Source: Bacteroidota bacterium (GTDB lineage: Bacteria > Bacteroidota > Bacteroidia > NS11-12g > UBA9320). From it: a DNA stretch of 64,000 nucleotides. Location of the stretch: assembly GCA_016124755.1 (NCBI GenBank), contig WGNA01000011.1:317211-381210 (forward strand). Reading direction: 5' to 3'. The first letter of the stretch is position 1. Each line of letters starts with the position of its first letter. The notes beneath the pieces were generated by a model, which saw nothing but the letters and a program-made list of their open reading frames with translations, made no database searches and had not been told where the DNA came from. Below, in pieces: positions 1 to 10,705 of this stretch. The translations under genes and the position numbers were made by a program.

Positions 1-839
1 ATCACATACTCTTTCCCGTTCATGAGTTCGCCGTCGAGGTGGGCGTATAAAATCTGATCGGAGGTGATTTTTAATGTGCGGATTTTTTGGTGCTGCACAA
101 ATTTTTTATGGAGGTGTTTTCCTTTTTCTACTGCCGGAATCTGAAACAATCGGGCAATGGGATTTAACGGACCAATGGTAACCAGATCTAAAAAACCATC
201 GTCGGGGAGGCTGAGTGGAGAAACCCGGAAACCGCCGCCGTATTCCGTTCCGTTGGCAATCGAAATCATGAAAAAACGTCCGTTGAGTTTAAGGCTTTCC
301 GACTCAATTATCATCGGGGTGCTGCGGTAGAAAAGTACGTTCCGGAAAATCGCAATCCAGTATTTCCAGGTGGTTGAAAACGGAAGTTTCATGCGAACGG
401 TTTGTCGGGCTACACTGCCGTCGAAGCCAATTCCCACGCCGTTTAAAAACCATCGGTCGTTGCAGATTCCGATATCGCATTCGCGGGTTTTATCCGAATG
501 AATGAGATCGAAAGCCTGTTGCTGATTGAGTTCTCCGTTCATCAATCGGCTGAAATCATTTCCCGATCCGGCTGGAATTAAATGCAGAATCCGATCGCGG
601 GCTTCGGTAACATTCACCACGTCGTTTACGGTTCCGTCGCCACCGATAACGCTGATCACATCCGGATTAAAATCGCGGATCGCCGCCGACATTCCGTCGA
701 TGTCGTTGTCTTTTTGCGTTAAATAAAACCCGGAATCGAGGTCCGTTTTGGAAAGAAGAAAAGCTCTGTAATCTTCAAAAACCTGAAGTGCTCTGCCGCC
801 GTGAGCGAAAGGATTTCCAATCGCCAGAACGCGTTTCAT
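1..839 (-). CDS. Diacylglycerol/lipid kinase family protein (YegS/BmrU-like), 3' end outside window
   Basis: Not in ORF track because it runs off the edge. Manual translation from ATG at 839 gives [17 protein letters not shown]..., with GGDGT and PAGSGND motifs. ATGA overlap with the fbp stop. Confidence 0.85.
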   Translation of the reverse strand, partial: MKRVLAIGNPFAHGGRALQVFEDYRAFLLSKTDLDSGFYLTQKDNDIDGMSAAIRDFNPDVISVIGGDGTVNDVVNVTEARDRILHLIPAGSGNDFSRLMNGELNQQQAFDLIHSDKTRECDIGICNDRWFLNGVGIGFDGSVARQTVRMKLPFSTTWKYWIAIFRNVLFYRSTPMIIESESLKLNGRFFMISIANGTEYGGGFRVSPLSLPDDGFLDLVTIGPLNPIARLFQIPAVEKGKHLHKKFVQHQKIRTLKITSDQILYAHLDGELMNGKEYV

Positions 840-1843
840 CCAGCGGTTTGCTGAAGAAATTCCATGAGTTTGCTCACCATGTTTTTAGAACCGAGAATCA
901 CCGGAACACGTTGGTGAAGTTCGGTGGGAATTACATCGAGAATTCTTTCTGTTCCGGTGGATGCCGTTCCGCCGGCTTGTTCCATAATCCACGACATCGG
1001 ATTGCATTCGTACATCAGTCGTAACTTTCCTTTCGGAGCGCTTTCGGTTTCCGGATACATGAAAATTCCGCCTTTGATCATATTGCGGTGAAAGTCGGCT
1101 ACCATCGAACCGATGTATCGCGCTGAATAAGGTCTGTGCGATTCTTTATCAACCTGCTTGCAGTACTTGATATACTCGCGGTACGGCAGCGGGAACTGGG
1201 CAAAGTTTCCTTCGTTAACCGAATAAATTTTTCCGTTTTGCGGAACCTGAATATTCGGATGACTCAAACAGAAATCTCCGATTCCGATATCCAACGTAAA
1301 TCCGTTAACACCTTGTCCGGTTGTGTACACCAACATGGTAGAAGATCCGTAAATCACGTAACCCGCCGCCACTTGTTTGTTGCCCGGTTGAAGACAATCT
1401 TCCAGCGTCGCTTCCGAACCCACCGGAGTTACTCTTTTATAAATGGAGAAGATGGTTCCGATGGCTGCGTTCACATCGATGTTGGAAGAACCGTCGAGCG
1501 GGTCCATGGCAACAATGTATTTGGCATCGGGATTTAACGGACGGATATAATCTTCTTCTTCGCTGATAACCGCGCAGCAATCTCCGCCGGCTGCAAGTGC
1601 GGCAATAAATTCTTCATTCGCCAGCACATCTAATTTTTTAACGGTTTCCCCCTGAATGTTGGTGGTTCCGTGATTTCCGAGAATGTCAACGAGACCGGCT
1701 TTGTTCACGTCGCGGTTTACAATTTTTGCCGCGAGTTTGATGTCTCTGAAGATTCGGGAAAGTTCGCCGCTCGCACCCGGAAATTTTTGTTGTTCCTCAG
1801 CAATAAACTGACTGAGGGTAATTACTCTCTGCTTTTGTTTCAT
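836..1843 (-). CDS. fbp: Fructose-1,6-bisphosphatase class 1
   Basis: [21 protein letters not shown] and [11 protein letters not shown] motifs. Start moved to MKQKQRV (1843). Confidence 0.95.
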   Translation of the reverse strand: MKQKQRVITLSQFIAEEQQKFPGASGELSRIFRDIKLAAKIVNRDVNKAGLVDILGNHGTTNIQGETVKKLDVLANEEFIAALAAGGDCCAVISEEEDYIRPLNPDAKYIVAMDPLDGSSNIDVNAAIGTIFSIYKRVTPVGSEATLEDCLQPGNKQVAAGYVIYGSSTMLVYTTGQGVNGFTLDIGIGDFCLSHPNIQVPQNGKIYSVNEGNFAQFPLPYREYIKYCKQVDKESHRPYSARYIGSMVADFHRNMIKGGIFMYPETESAPKGKLRLMYECNPMSWIMEQAGGTASTGTERILDVIPTELHQRVPVILGSKNMVSKLMEFLQQTAG

Positions 1844-1938
1844 ACACCCGTAAAAGTTTCTGGCCGGTAGCGTCGCAGCAGTGGTCACCGCAGATTCGCT
1901 ACTTTTGAGGCGGCAAATATAACACGCTGCCACAGGAT

Positions 1939-3201
1939 ATGCAGGTATTCAAATTCGGGGGTGCGTCGGTAAAAGACGCAGATGCGGTGCGCAATGTCGC
2001 AGAACTAATCCGCAACAAAGGTTCTAAAGATGTTTTGGTCGTGGTTTCCGCAATGGGGAAGAACACCAATTTGCTGGAGGCTTTGGTTGAATCGTATCTC
2101 AAGGGGGAAGAATATCAGAACGTGTTAAATGAATTTGCCTCTTTTCACCGGCAGATCATTCGTGATTTAATTGGTGGCGAAGATCAGGGTTATTACGAAG
2201 TTGAGAATTTGCTGATCGAACTCGAATGCGCTCTCGATGGCGACCTGGTAAACCGCAGTTACGATTTTGTTTACGATCAGATTGTTCCATACGGCGAACT
2301 TATTTCAACCCGAATCGTTAGCCATTATTTAAACAGCGCGGGAATTAACAACCGATGGCTCGATGCCCGCAACTTCATTTACACGACTTCCGATCACAGA
2401 AGGGCCCGGGTTGATTGGTCGGTAACCGATGATCTCATCAGCAAAAAAGCCCGGAGATTAGTGGAAAAACAACTCACGATTACGCAGGGATTTATCGGCC
2501 GAACTTCCGGAAACGCCATGACAACGTTGGGGCGGGAGGGAAGCGATTATACGGCAGCCATTTTTGCGTACGGACTAAATGCCGATTCGGTTACGATTTG
2601 GAAAGATGTTCCGGGCGTGATGAATGGCGATCCGAAACGAATTCCGGATGCGGTTCTGTTACCGGAAATTTCTTTTAAAGAAGCCATCGAACTGGCGTAT
2701 TACGGAGCTTCGGTAATTCACCCGAAAACCATTCAGCCGTTAATGCGAAAGGGTATTCCGCTGTATGTAAAATCGTTTGTAAATCCGGATGCGCCGGGAA
2801 CACACGTGGCCGATCACGACCGTCAGGAAGTAATCGAAGTGCCGTGTTATATTGTAAAGGACAATCAGATTTTGCTTTCCCTTTCTTCTAAAGATTTTTC
2901 ATTTATCGTAGAAGACAATCTGGGACACATTTTTAATGCGCTGGCGACCTGCGGAATTCAGGTGAACGTGATGCAGAATACCGCAATTTCATTTTCGATT
3001 TGTGCTAATAATGACGGCCGAAGAATTAACCGGTTTTTAGAAATGATCGGCGATGATTATTTAGTAGAAAATCAGACTTCGTTGGTTTTACTCACGGTTT
3101 TTAATATTAATGAGGAAACCAATTTGAACCGGCTTATTGAAACCAGAGAACAATTACTCGAACATAAAACCGGTAATGCTCTGCAATTGGTTTTGAAATA
3201 A
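1939..3201 (+). CDS. lysC: Aspartate kinase (monofunctional)
   Basis: N-terminal [29 protein letters not shown] and WKDVPG motifs; C-terminal ACT-like region. Confidence 0.92.
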   Translation: MQVFKFGGASVKDADAVRNVAELIRNKGSKDVLVVVSAMGKNTNLLEALVESYLKGEEYQNVLNEFASFHRQIIRDLIGGEDQGYYEVENLLIELECALDGDLVNRSYDFVYDQIVPYGELISTRIVSHYLNSAGINNRWLDARNFIYTTSDHRRARVDWSVTDDLISKKARRLVEKQLTITQGFIGRTSGNAMTTLGREGSDYTAAIFAYGLNADSVTIWKDVPGVMNGDPKRIPDAVLLPEISFKEAIELAYYGASVIHPKTIQPLMRKGIPLYVKSFVNPDAPGTHVADHDRQEVIEVPCYIVKDNQILLSLSSKDFSFIVEDNLGHIFNALATCGIQVNVMQNTAISFSICANNDGRRINRFLEMIGDDYLVENQTSLVLLTVFNINEETNLNRLIETREQLLEHKTGNALQLVLK

Positions 3202-4344
3202 TTACTTGCCCTCTTCCCGGAATCGACGTATTTCGATATCGTCTTTAAACTCGGCTTTGTATTCACCCACACCCGGATTAAAAACATCGAATACACCTTC
3301 TTTTTTCCCGTTCACCCATTTTCCTTTAATGGTGGAATTATTAAGAGTGGCGACCTGCGTTCCGTACCCGTGTGGTTTCCCGTTTTTAAAGTAACCATCG
3401 AGATAACCGTCTTTGGTGTACAGAATTCCTTTTCCGTTAAACTGGTTGTTTGCGAAAAATCCCTCGTATCGATACGATTCTGAAAACGTAAATTTTCCCT
3501 TCCCGCTCATCAGGTCGTTTTCCCATTCTCCGGTATAAGAGGTTCCGTCGGAGTTTCGAATTTCGCCTTCGCCGTATCTTCTGCCCATCAGGAAATGACC
3601 CTTGTACGTGTATTGATTGGGAACGGTTAACCGGCCTTCATCCCAAAGAAATCCCAATTTCAGTGTACCCGAATATGTGAGTCCGAAACTGTCGGTAATT
3701 ATTCCTTCGCCATGTGGAATTCCGTATTGAAACTGGCCTGTGTAACGCATTCCGTTTGGCCAGACCATAGTTCCCGAGCCGGTATAACATCTCCCTTTCT
3801 CCGTACATTGTCCGTCTGGAATGAGGCGGAATCCCCACTCGGCAAGATGTTCGTGATCTTGTGTGGCAACGTAACTTTTGTTGGCAATAAACTTAACCAA
3901 TTCGATGTGTCGGTCGCGGAAGTACACAACAACATCGCCGTTGGTAAAACTTCCGTGCATTACGAACTGGTTAAACGTATCTGTGTAGAAGTTGCGGAAT
4001 CGTTCCTGAAAATAACCGTGGTTCATCCGTACTTCCATGCTCATCGGCAACTTCCCTTTAAAGGCGGAGTAGAGATAACCGGAATCGTAAAAGTTGATTT
4101 CAGAAAGAATAAAATTTTGATTGAATCTGGCGGTGATTCCGAGGTCGTACGAATTAATTTCATAGGTGTAAGTTGAAGGTTCGTACGATTCGTTGTGCTG
4201 CCCTTTTTCCATCTCCATAATAAGAGCTGCGAGGGGAGGGTGTGAGGCGGGCATGCCGATGAGATCGAGAAATTCATTACCCGATGGCATCCCGAAAACA
4301 CGTATTCCTGCAAGTAATAAAAGACCGGTTAATCGAAGTTTCAT
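3202..4344 (-). CDS. Exported MORN-repeat protein
   Basis: Repeated Y-x-G-x-[FW]...G-x-G units (YTGQFQYGIPHGEG, YTGEWENDLMSGKG). Signal-like MKLRLTGLLLLAG taken as the start. Confidence 0.8.
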   Translation of the reverse strand: MKLRLTGLLLLAGIRVFGMPSGNEFLDLIGMPASHPPLAALIMEMEKGQHNESYEPSTYTYEINSYDLGITARFNQNFILSEINFYDSGYLYSAFKGKLPMSMEVRMNHGYFQERFRNFYTDTFNQFVMHGSFTNGDVVVYFRDRHIELVKFIANKSYVATQDHEHLAEWGFRLIPDGQCTEKGRCYTGSGTMVWPNGMRYTGQFQYGIPHGEGIITDSFGLTYSGTLKLGFLWDEGRLTVPNQYTYKGHFLMGRRYGEGEIRNSDGTSYTGEWENDLMSGKGKFTFSESYRYEGFFANNQFNGKGILYTKDGYLDGYFKNGKPHGYGTQVATLNNSTIKGKWVNGKKEGVFDVFNPGVGEYKAEFKDDIEIRRFREEGK

Positions 4345-4434
4345 ATCTCTTTTTAGTCTGTGCAAATTAAGTAATGACATACCGGGTGAATCGGAAAGGT
4401 CAACAATTTTTTATTTAGAACGTTTTAAAATAAA

Positions 4435-4442
4435 TAGTTTTG
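4435..4442 (+). promoter_or_regulatory. Bacteroidota -7 promoter element (TAnnTTTG) for fdx-iscX-kdsC
   Basis: TAGTTTTG 10 nt upstream of the fdx ATG. Confidence 0.55.
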
Positions 4443-4452
4443 CGCGCTCGAC

Positions 4453-4779
4453 ATGGCATACCAGATAACATTCAAATTCGAGGATAAGAACATTCCGGAA
4501 GTGACTTGTCAAGGTTTAGACGGTGACAGTGTATTAGACGTTGCCCTGGATCATCACATCGACCTTCATCACAACTGCGGCGCTGTTTGCGCATGTAGCA
4601 CTTGTCACATTTACGTAGAGCAGGGAATGAATAACTTGCCGGAAATTACAGATAAGGAAGAAGATTTTATTGATAGGGCAATCAATCCGACATTGAGTTC
4701 GCGACTTGCCTGCCAGTGTAAGATTGCTTCGGATCTGATCATTAAAATTCCCGATCAGTCACAATTTAACGGACATTAA
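4453..4779 (+). CDS. fdx: ISC-type 2Fe-2S ferredoxin
   Basis: HNCGAVCACSTCHIY and SRLACQ adrenodoxin-type Cys motifs. Confidence 0.9.
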   Translation: MAYQITFKFEDKNIPEVTCQGLDGDSVLDVALDHHIDLHHNCGAVCACSTCHIYVEQGMNNLPEITDKEEDFIDRAINPTLSSRLACQCKIASDLIIKIPDQSQFNGH

Positions 4780-4795
4780 TTTCCCGTTTTAAAAC

Positions 4796-5032
4796 ATGGA
4801 AAAGTTTGAATTACCCATCGATTGGAAGGATTACGAAGACATCGCAATGGCGTTGTACGAAAGATTCGGAGACGAATTCGATGAAGGAAAAATTTACCGG
4901 ATACGATTTACAGATTTGTTGGAGTGGGTTCTGGAAGTTCCGAATTTTATCGGCAAACGGGAAGATTGCAACGAAGGTCATTTGGAAATGATTCAGTCGA
5001 CCTGGGTTTACGAATGGCGCGATAATCAGTAA
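4796..5032 (+). CDS. iscX: Fe-S cluster assembly protein IscX
   Basis: W.DYEDIAMALYE...RIRFTDL..W...LEMIQ..W pattern; directly downstream of fdx. Confidence 0.85.
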   Translation: MEKFELPIDWKDYEDIAMALYERFGDEFDEGKIYRIRFTDLLEWVLEVPNFIGKREDCNEGHLEMIQSTWVYEWRDNQ

Positions 5033-5034
5033 TC

Positions 5035-5523
5035 GTGTTATCCGAACTAAAAGATATCCGGCTGATTGTTCTCGATGTGGATGGAGTTCTAACCAATGGT
5101 GACGTTCACATCACGGAAGATGGAAACCTTCTTCGAACGATGAACATCAAAGACGGCTATGCACTTCGCAGAGCAGTTGATTCCGGATTAAAAATCGTAG
5201 TGATCAGCGGCGGCACTTCAGAAGGTGTAAGGATTCGGCTGAATAAACTCGGTGTTACGGATGTATTTCTGGGTGTGAAAGACAAGGTTGGTTCATTTAA
5301 TTCCTATTTAGAGCAAAACAACCTTTCAGTTCACCAAAGCCTGATGATGGGAGACGATTTACCGGATCTTGAATTGATGCAAATGGTAAAATTTCCCGCT
5401 TGCCCGGCAGATGCAGTTTCTGAAATAAAAGAAATCAGCAGGTACATATCGCCATTCAGCGGAGGTAAAGGATGCGTTCGGGATATTCTGGAAAAGGTGA
5501 TGAAGCTTCAGAACATTTGGTGA
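5035..5523 (+). CDS. kdsC: KDO-8-phosphate phosphatase (HAD IIIA)
   Basis: LDVDGVLT, KDG, MGDDLPD and GGKGCVR motifs. Confidence 0.88.
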   Translation: MLSELKDIRLIVLDVDGVLTNGDVHITEDGNLLRTMNIKDGYALRRAVDSGLKIVVISGGTSEGVRIRLNKLGVTDVFLGVKDKVGSFNSYLEQNNLSVHQSLMMGDDLPDLELMQMVKFPACPADAVSEIKEISRYISPFSGGKGCVRDILEKVMKLQNIW

Positions 5524-5553
5524 AATCCAAAAATGGAGATGATCAATAAAGTA

Positions 5554-5569
5554 TGTGACAAAAGTCACA
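5554..5569. promoter_or_regulatory. Crp/Fnr-type operator palindrome TGTGAC-N4-GTCACA
   Basis: Perfect TGTGA-N6-TCACA box in intergenic DNA. Confidence 0.55.
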
Positions 5570-5598
5570 AAAGGTCGCGGTCTCCTTATTTTATCTGC

Positions 5599-5619
5599 AT
5601 CTTAACATTCTGTTAAGAT
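5599..5619. promoter_or_regulatory. Operator-like inverted repeat ATCTTAACA-ttc-TGTTAAGAT
   Basis: Perfect 9-bp arms with 3-nt spacer. Confidence 0.4.
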
Positions 5620-5679
5620 AATTTTTCGAAAAATTTTTAAGGAAGTATTGTGCAGTTTTCAGAATTGTACTTATTTCGT

Positions 5680-5761
5680 GAGTGCCTTTGAAAAGAGGCA
5701 ATTTTTTCATGGTTAGTTTGGTTTATTTGCCCTGCTCACTCTGAGTGGGGCTTCTTTTTTT
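5680..5761 (+). ncRNA. Candidate small RNA (5' hairpin, U-rich anti-start-codon tract, intrinsic terminator)
   Basis: GCCTTT-gaa-AAGAGGC-type hairpin, then TTTTTTCATGGTTAGTTTGG, then a terminator; no ORF. Confidence 0.4.
5729..5761 (+). terminator. Intrinsic terminator
   Basis: GCCCTGCTCA-ctc-TGAGTGGGGC stem followed by TTCTTTTTTT. Confidence 0.75.
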
Positions 5762-5819
5762 ATAAGGTTTTCGTTTTTTCAAACCTTTGCCAAGGTCAGA
5801 AGATTAAAGAAGAATAGGA

Positions 5820-7655
5820 TCAGAGCTCTTTAAAATAGACCGAGATAGCCTTCGTGAAATTTTGATTCCGGACTTCCAGCTCATCCATTAACTTTAGATC
5901 ATTGCCCTCTGCCTTCCGGTACAAATCCTTGTCGGCTATGTAATCGTAAACAACACAGCCATCCCGACAAATAATTCCGGATCCCAGATTATAAAAGAAA
6001 TACGACTCATCCCGGGGGGTGTCGAACAAAGACCGGCTGAACATCCATTTATTTTCCCGCTCCTTCAAAACCCATTTAGACAGAGTTGCCGGAATATCAA
6101 CATGGCTGGCAAACTGGTGAAATACTTGAGGTTGTTTGATCGCCCCACCAAGAAGAATAAGGGGAATGTGAAATTTATCGGGATGATAGATGGGTAAATC
6201 TCCCGGTTGAGGAATTGCGTGATCTGCGGTTATCACGACTAGTGTGTGTTTCCATCTTTCCGTTTTGGAAAAAGCATCCAGAAATGCTCCGATGCAACTA
6301 TCGGTGTACCATGCTGCTTTAAACAACTTATTTAACGGGTCATCAAACGTCTTATTGATTTCCGGAATATCAAATGGTTCATGGTTGCTCAACGAAAAGA
6401 TGCCGTTGAGAAATGGCTCAGGTTGTTGGGTGCAGATTTTTAGTAAATGATCAAAAGTATGTTCGTCGTGAACACCCCATTTGCCTTTTTTTAAATCATC
6501 GAATTTGCTGAAATAGCTTTTATCGTAAATGCTGCATCGGTTTGCTACGGAAAAAATCGACTGAATGTTGGCGAATTCCAGATTTCCGCCATACGTCATT
6601 GAGGTGTGATAACCGGCGTCGGTGAAATCCTGCATCAGATTCGGAAGACGGAGTAACTTATCGGGGTGCTTTAAGATTTCGGTTTCGGCATTCCCCGGAA
6701 AACCGGTAAACAATGCGGTAAGTCCCTGATGAGAGCGGTCGCCGTTTGAATAAAAATTATCAAACAACCATCCTTGTTTAATGTATTCCTGCATCCGGGG
6801 AGCAACATCATCCCGACCATTTAGCTGGGATATGAGCCGCGCAGAATAGCTCTCAAGAACGATCACCACAACATTAGTCGAGTCGGGTAAATCGAATGGA
6901 AATAAATTCTGTTTGGAAGCATGTTTTTTCAAGATCATCATTGCTTCCGGAAAACTTATTCCGTCTGTATTAATGCGGGTTTTGCTGCGGTTTAAAATGG
7001 AAAAAACTGCGTTCCAAACCGTGTTAACCGAAACGTGATTAGCGTATTGATTGCGACTGTGATATGCCGAACTGAGGTTTAAGGTTGAAACATCTAATCC
7101 TCCCCGAATCGGAATTATCAGAATACCACAAATCAATAATGCCGTTATTCCGGAAGTGAAATCGGTTTTGGGTAATGCGGTTTTCTTTAGAACAAATCGC
7201 CACAACAACCACGTAGAACCGAAGAATAAAATAAAAATAAGTGCAAAAAGAAGTAAGTCTTTAACCTGCAGTGAGGCGGCGGCTTCTCTCGGGAAAGCGA
7301 GGTATTGCATAGCTTTCATATCGAGTTTGGCGCCCCAATAATTATAAAGTCTTGCGTCTGCTCCAATTGCTATGGCTGTGATGATGGCAATTAGAAAATA
7401 CAAAGTCTTAAAGATTAACTTACTTGTTTTAACGGAGAATGCTGCAGCAAAAACAGAGGTGAAAGTGAGAAGGAAGGTAATATACGCCGACATGGAAAGA
7501 TCGAGTCGGATACCGAACCGAAAGGAATTGAGTATTTCGGATGAGGTGATCTCATGAAATCCGTTGGTGAAAGTTAGAAAGACAATTCTGCTGAACTGAA
7601 AAAGCAGGAACCAGCAGATGAAATTCAGAACGCCGAAGAGTAAAACCTTTTTCAT
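5820..7655 (-). CDS. LTA synthase-family sulfatase/phosphoglycerol transferase membrane protein
   Basis: About five N-terminal TM helices; NVVVIVLES, SLSNHEPF and VITADH sulfatase-fold motifs. Confidence 0.85.
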   Translation of the reverse strand: MKKVLLFGVLNFICWFLLFQFSRIVFLTFTNGFHEITSSEILNSFRFGIRLDLSMSAYITFLLTFTSVFAAAFSVKTSKLIFKTLYFLIAIITAIAIGADARLYNYWGAKLDMKAMQYLAFPREAAASLQVKDLLLFALIFILFFGSTWLLWRFVLKKTALPKTDFTSGITALLICGILIIPIRGGLDVSTLNLSSAYHSRNQYANHVSVNTVWNAVFSILNRSKTRINTDGISFPEAMMILKKHASKQNLFPFDLPDSTNVVVIVLESYSARLISQLNGRDDVAPRMQEYIKQGWLFDNFYSNGDRSHQGLTALFTGFPGNAETEILKHPDKLLRLPNLMQDFTDAGYHTSMTYGGNLEFANIQSIFSVANRCSIYDKSYFSKFDDLKKGKWGVHDEHTFDHLLKICTQQPEPFLNGIFSLSNHEPFDIPEINKTFDDPLNKLFKAAWYTDSCIGAFLDAFSKTERWKHTLVVITADHAIPQPGDLPIYHPDKFHIPLILLGGAIKQPQVFHQFASHVDIPATLSKWVLKERENKWMFSRSLFDTPRDESYFFYNLGSGIICRDGCVVYDYIADKDLYRKAEGNDLKLMDELEVRNQNFTKAISVYFKEL

Positions 7656-8686
7656 TTGAATCGTTTCAGGTCAACTTCGGGAATCAGGGATTGGTCGTGG
7701 TAGATAAAATCAATTAACCATTTTGCCAGCAGTGGCGCCGTTGAAGATCCTTTAGATCCCAGTCCGTTGAACAAATACAAATGATCAATTTCGGGATGTT
7801 CTCCGAGCAGAGGTCGCCGGTCCCGAACAGAAGGACGTATGCCTGCTTGCTGATTAACCACCGTTTTATTTCCGGCAATAAAGGAATCGGTTTTATTCAG
7901 CAATTCCTCGCGGGCAGCCGGAGTAATTTCGGTGTTGATATTACGCCAGTCGTAAGTTGCTCCTGCTTTAATGGTATTAGTGCAAACGGGCAGAACGAAA
8001 CAGGAACCGACGAGAATGTCTGAAAAATCATATTCCGTTTCGATGGTAATTATTTCCCCTTTCATGGGAGTGAACGGGAGAAAATTCCAGATGGGATCAG
8101 CCGGCCATCCGTTGCTGAAAATAATTTTGCTAAAGGTATTTTCGCCAAACCCGAATCCGTCTTGTGTTTGGGTAATATCAGTCCAGTTGATTTTTAGATT
8201 AATGAAGGCCTTTTTTGAACTAAAATGTTCGCGGGTTCTCAGGATAAATTCGGGAAAATCAACCCATCCGCCGGATTCAATTGACAGACATCCGTTGGTG
8301 GAAACAATGCCTTCCGGATTTTTGCAAAATGCCGGGGTCGATATAAAATCTGAGAAAGGTTGCTCTTCAACTCTGGAACTCCAGGTGTTTAATTCGCCAA
8401 CAGAAGACAACACCCTTTTTACGGGCATCGGGTAAAAAAATCGATGTTCGAGAAGTCCTTCGGCCGCTTTATAAAATTCGGATGCGAATGGAAAAAATTC
8501 TGAAGCTTTCCAGGCAAGCGTTTGCCTTTTTCCGGTGATCGGATTCAGAAGTCCGGCTGCAACTGTGCTGCAATGATTTAATTCGGGTGTGTCGGCAACC
8601 AAAACTGATTTGCCATCCGATTCAAGCATCAGGGAAAGCACCGTTCCTGCGAGTCCCTGCCCAATCACCAATACATCAAAATGCAC
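7652..8686 (-). CDS. FAD-dependent oxidoreductase (DAO/MnmC C-terminal-like)
   Basis: IGQGLAG dinucleotide motif, GIRPSVRDRRPLLG and FNGLGSKG. Confidence 0.85.
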   Translation of the reverse strand: MHFDVLVIGQGLAGTVLSLMLESDGKSVLVADTPELNHCSTVAAGLLNPITGKRQTLAWKASEFFPFASEFYKAAEGLLEHRFFYPMPVKRVLSSVGELNTWSSRVEEQPFSDFISTPAFCKNPEGIVSTNGCLSIESGGWVDFPEFILRTREHFSSKKAFINLKINWTDITQTQDGFGFGENTFSKIIFSNGWPADPIWNFLPFTPMKGEIITIETEYDFSDILVGSCFVLPVCTNTIKAGATYDWRNINTEITPAAREELLNKTDSFIAGNKTVVNQQAGIRPSVRDRRPLLGEHPEIDHLYLFNGLGSKGSSTAPLLAKWLIDFIYHDQSLIPEVDLKRFK

Positions 8687-8809
8687 GGTGCGAAATTAAG
8701 TTAAGGTTAATAACGCAGGAAAAAGAGGTTGCTACTTTGGGCTAAAAATCAAAATGATCAGACGTAGTTGATTCTGGTTATGATTTAATTTGCGGCAAAT
8801 CCGAGCGAG

Positions 8810-10687
8810 TTGCGCATTTTTCCCGTACTAATTTTCTGTCTCTGTTTTAATCTGGCTTCGGCACAGGATTACGATTCTGTGGTTAATCAGCGGGAGTGGG
8901 CGCAATTTCTTACGTATAAAGATGTTTCCAACTTTCAGTTTAAAACGCAGACAGAAGATACGGCGCTTGACTTTGTTCACAGGGTGCTTCCATTAAAACA
9001 AAATCAAATCGCATGGCAACATCCGGGACCGTATTATTCTCCGTATCGCATATTGGAATTTTCATTGCCGGCTACCGACCATTTTCAGGTTTTTCCGGGC
9101 GTGATGAATGTTAATCATCTTCAGTCGGAGAACATCCGGTTTTACAGCAGTCGTTATCCGAGAACGGATCTCAAATATTCACAGGGCGGAGACGGTTTAT
9201 TGTTTATTAAAGCAGAGCATTCTCAGAACATATCAAAGAATTGGCTGGTGGGATTGAACTATGTGAGAAACAGGGTTCAGAACCGGTTTTATCAGAACAT
9301 GGCAGAGCAAAATCTGCAAAGAATGACCAATACTTTTTCTGCACAGTTGTTTACACGATTCAGAACCGAAAACCTTAAATATGAAGTTTTAGCCGACTAT
9401 ACCTGGAATAAATCAAAAATTCAGGAAACCGGAGGAATAACCAATTCTGCGGAATTCGACAGTTTAAACAGCCGTCAAAGACGATTCGGAGGAACAGCGT
9501 ATTTGTCGGATGCACAAAATCAGTTTTTAGAAAAATCAATTCATCTGGTTCAGATGTATCGCGACGGGAGTCGAAAAGTTAAAGATGGCGACACATTAGT
9601 TACAGACACGACCTACAATAACATCAAAAGTCAGTGGGTTCACGAATTTTACTTTAGAAATAATCAATACCGGTTTACCGATGATGCACCAAATGAGGAA
9701 TTATATCCGGTCAGAAATATTTCGCTAAAGGCATTTGATTCGGTTCGTTGCCAAACGATAAGTAATTCATTGCATCGGATGGGATTGATTAAGGGAAATG
9801 GTAGATATGATATCGCTGTTGAACACGAATTAATAAGAGTGCTTCAGCTCAATGGATATACTTCTGTTTACAGTAATGTGCATGTAATACAGGATTGGAA
9901 AATAGCAATAGGTCGGTTGAAACTGAGGCCTTCCGGAAATTGGACGGTGAATGGTTACAATAAAGGTGATTGGAATTTGAAATTCGCAGCAAATAGTTCC
10001 ATTGGTAAAGCGAAGATTAAAGCATCGTTGACGAGCATTCGAAAACGACCGGATTACAATTATCAGTTTTACGTTTCTAATTATTACTGGTGGTTTAATG
10101 ATCTGGCAAAAACAAATTATCAGAGCCTTGATTTGTTCATTGGTTCTAAAGGCAAAAAACTGAGTTTGGAACCTTCCGTAACTGTGGTTCAGGGATATGT
10201 TTATCTGAACGAATCCGGAGACGTTGAGCAGAATTCTTCAACGTTTCTCATTCAAAAAGTAAAGGCTATAGTTCTTTTAAATCTCGGGAAAAAATGGAGA
10301 TGGAACAACGAATTGTTGTATCAGAAATCTGGCTCCGATGTGTGGAGAACGCCGGATTTTTCGGCTCATACTAATTTGTTTGTTGAGGGAAAATTATTTC
10401 ACGGAAACATGTTCGCCAGAATAGGGGCAGAGGCGTGGTGGATGAGTTCATTTAAAGGATATACCTACGATCCGGCATTGAGAAATTACAAACTTTCATC
10501 AACTGCGGTCGGAGGATTTCCTCAGGCAGATGTGTATGTTGATATGCACGTGAGCACGGTAAAATTGTTCGTTCTTGTGGAGAATATCAGTCAGGGAAAT
10601 TTTAAATCTGATTGGTTTCTTCAACCGGCTTATCCAATGATCGGACGAGTGATACGATTCGGGGTTCAGTGGAGACTTTCGAATTGA
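8810..10687 (+). CDS. Putative porin (Bacteroidota outer-membrane beta-barrel)
   Basis: Signal peptide, HSQNI..NW..G motif, amphipathic strands, C-terminal YPMIGRVIRFGVQW. Confidence 0.75.
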   Translation: MRIFPVLIFCLCFNLASAQDYDSVVNQREWAQFLTYKDVSNFQFKTQTEDTALDFVHRVLPLKQNQIAWQHPGPYYSPYRILEFSLPATDHFQVFPGVMNVNHLQSENIRFYSSRYPRTDLKYSQGGDGLLFIKAEHSQNISKNWLVGLNYVRNRVQNRFYQNMAEQNLQRMTNTFSAQLFTRFRTENLKYEVLADYTWNKSKIQETGGITNSAEFDSLNSRQRRFGGTAYLSDAQNQFLEKSIHLVQMYRDGSRKVKDGDTLVTDTTYNNIKSQWVHEFYFRNNQYRFTDDAPNEELYPVRNISLKAFDSVRCQTISNSLHRMGLIKGNGRYDIAVEHELIRVLQLNGYTSVYSNVHVIQDWKIAIGRLKLRPSGNWTVNGYNKGDWNLKFAANSSIGKAKIKASLTSIRKRPDYNYQFYVSNYYWWFNDLAKTNYQSLDLFIGSKGKKLSLEPSVTVVQGYVYLNESGDVEQNSSTFLIQKVKAIVLLNLGKKWRWNNELLYQKSGSDVWRTPDFSAHTNLFVEGKLFHGNMFARIGAEAWWMSSFKGYTYDPALRNYKLSSTAVGGFPQADVYVDMHVSTVKLFVLVENISQGNFKSDWFLQPAYPMIGRVIRFGVQWRLSN

Positions 10688-10705
10688 ACCGGAGTTTAAA
10701 AAGGA

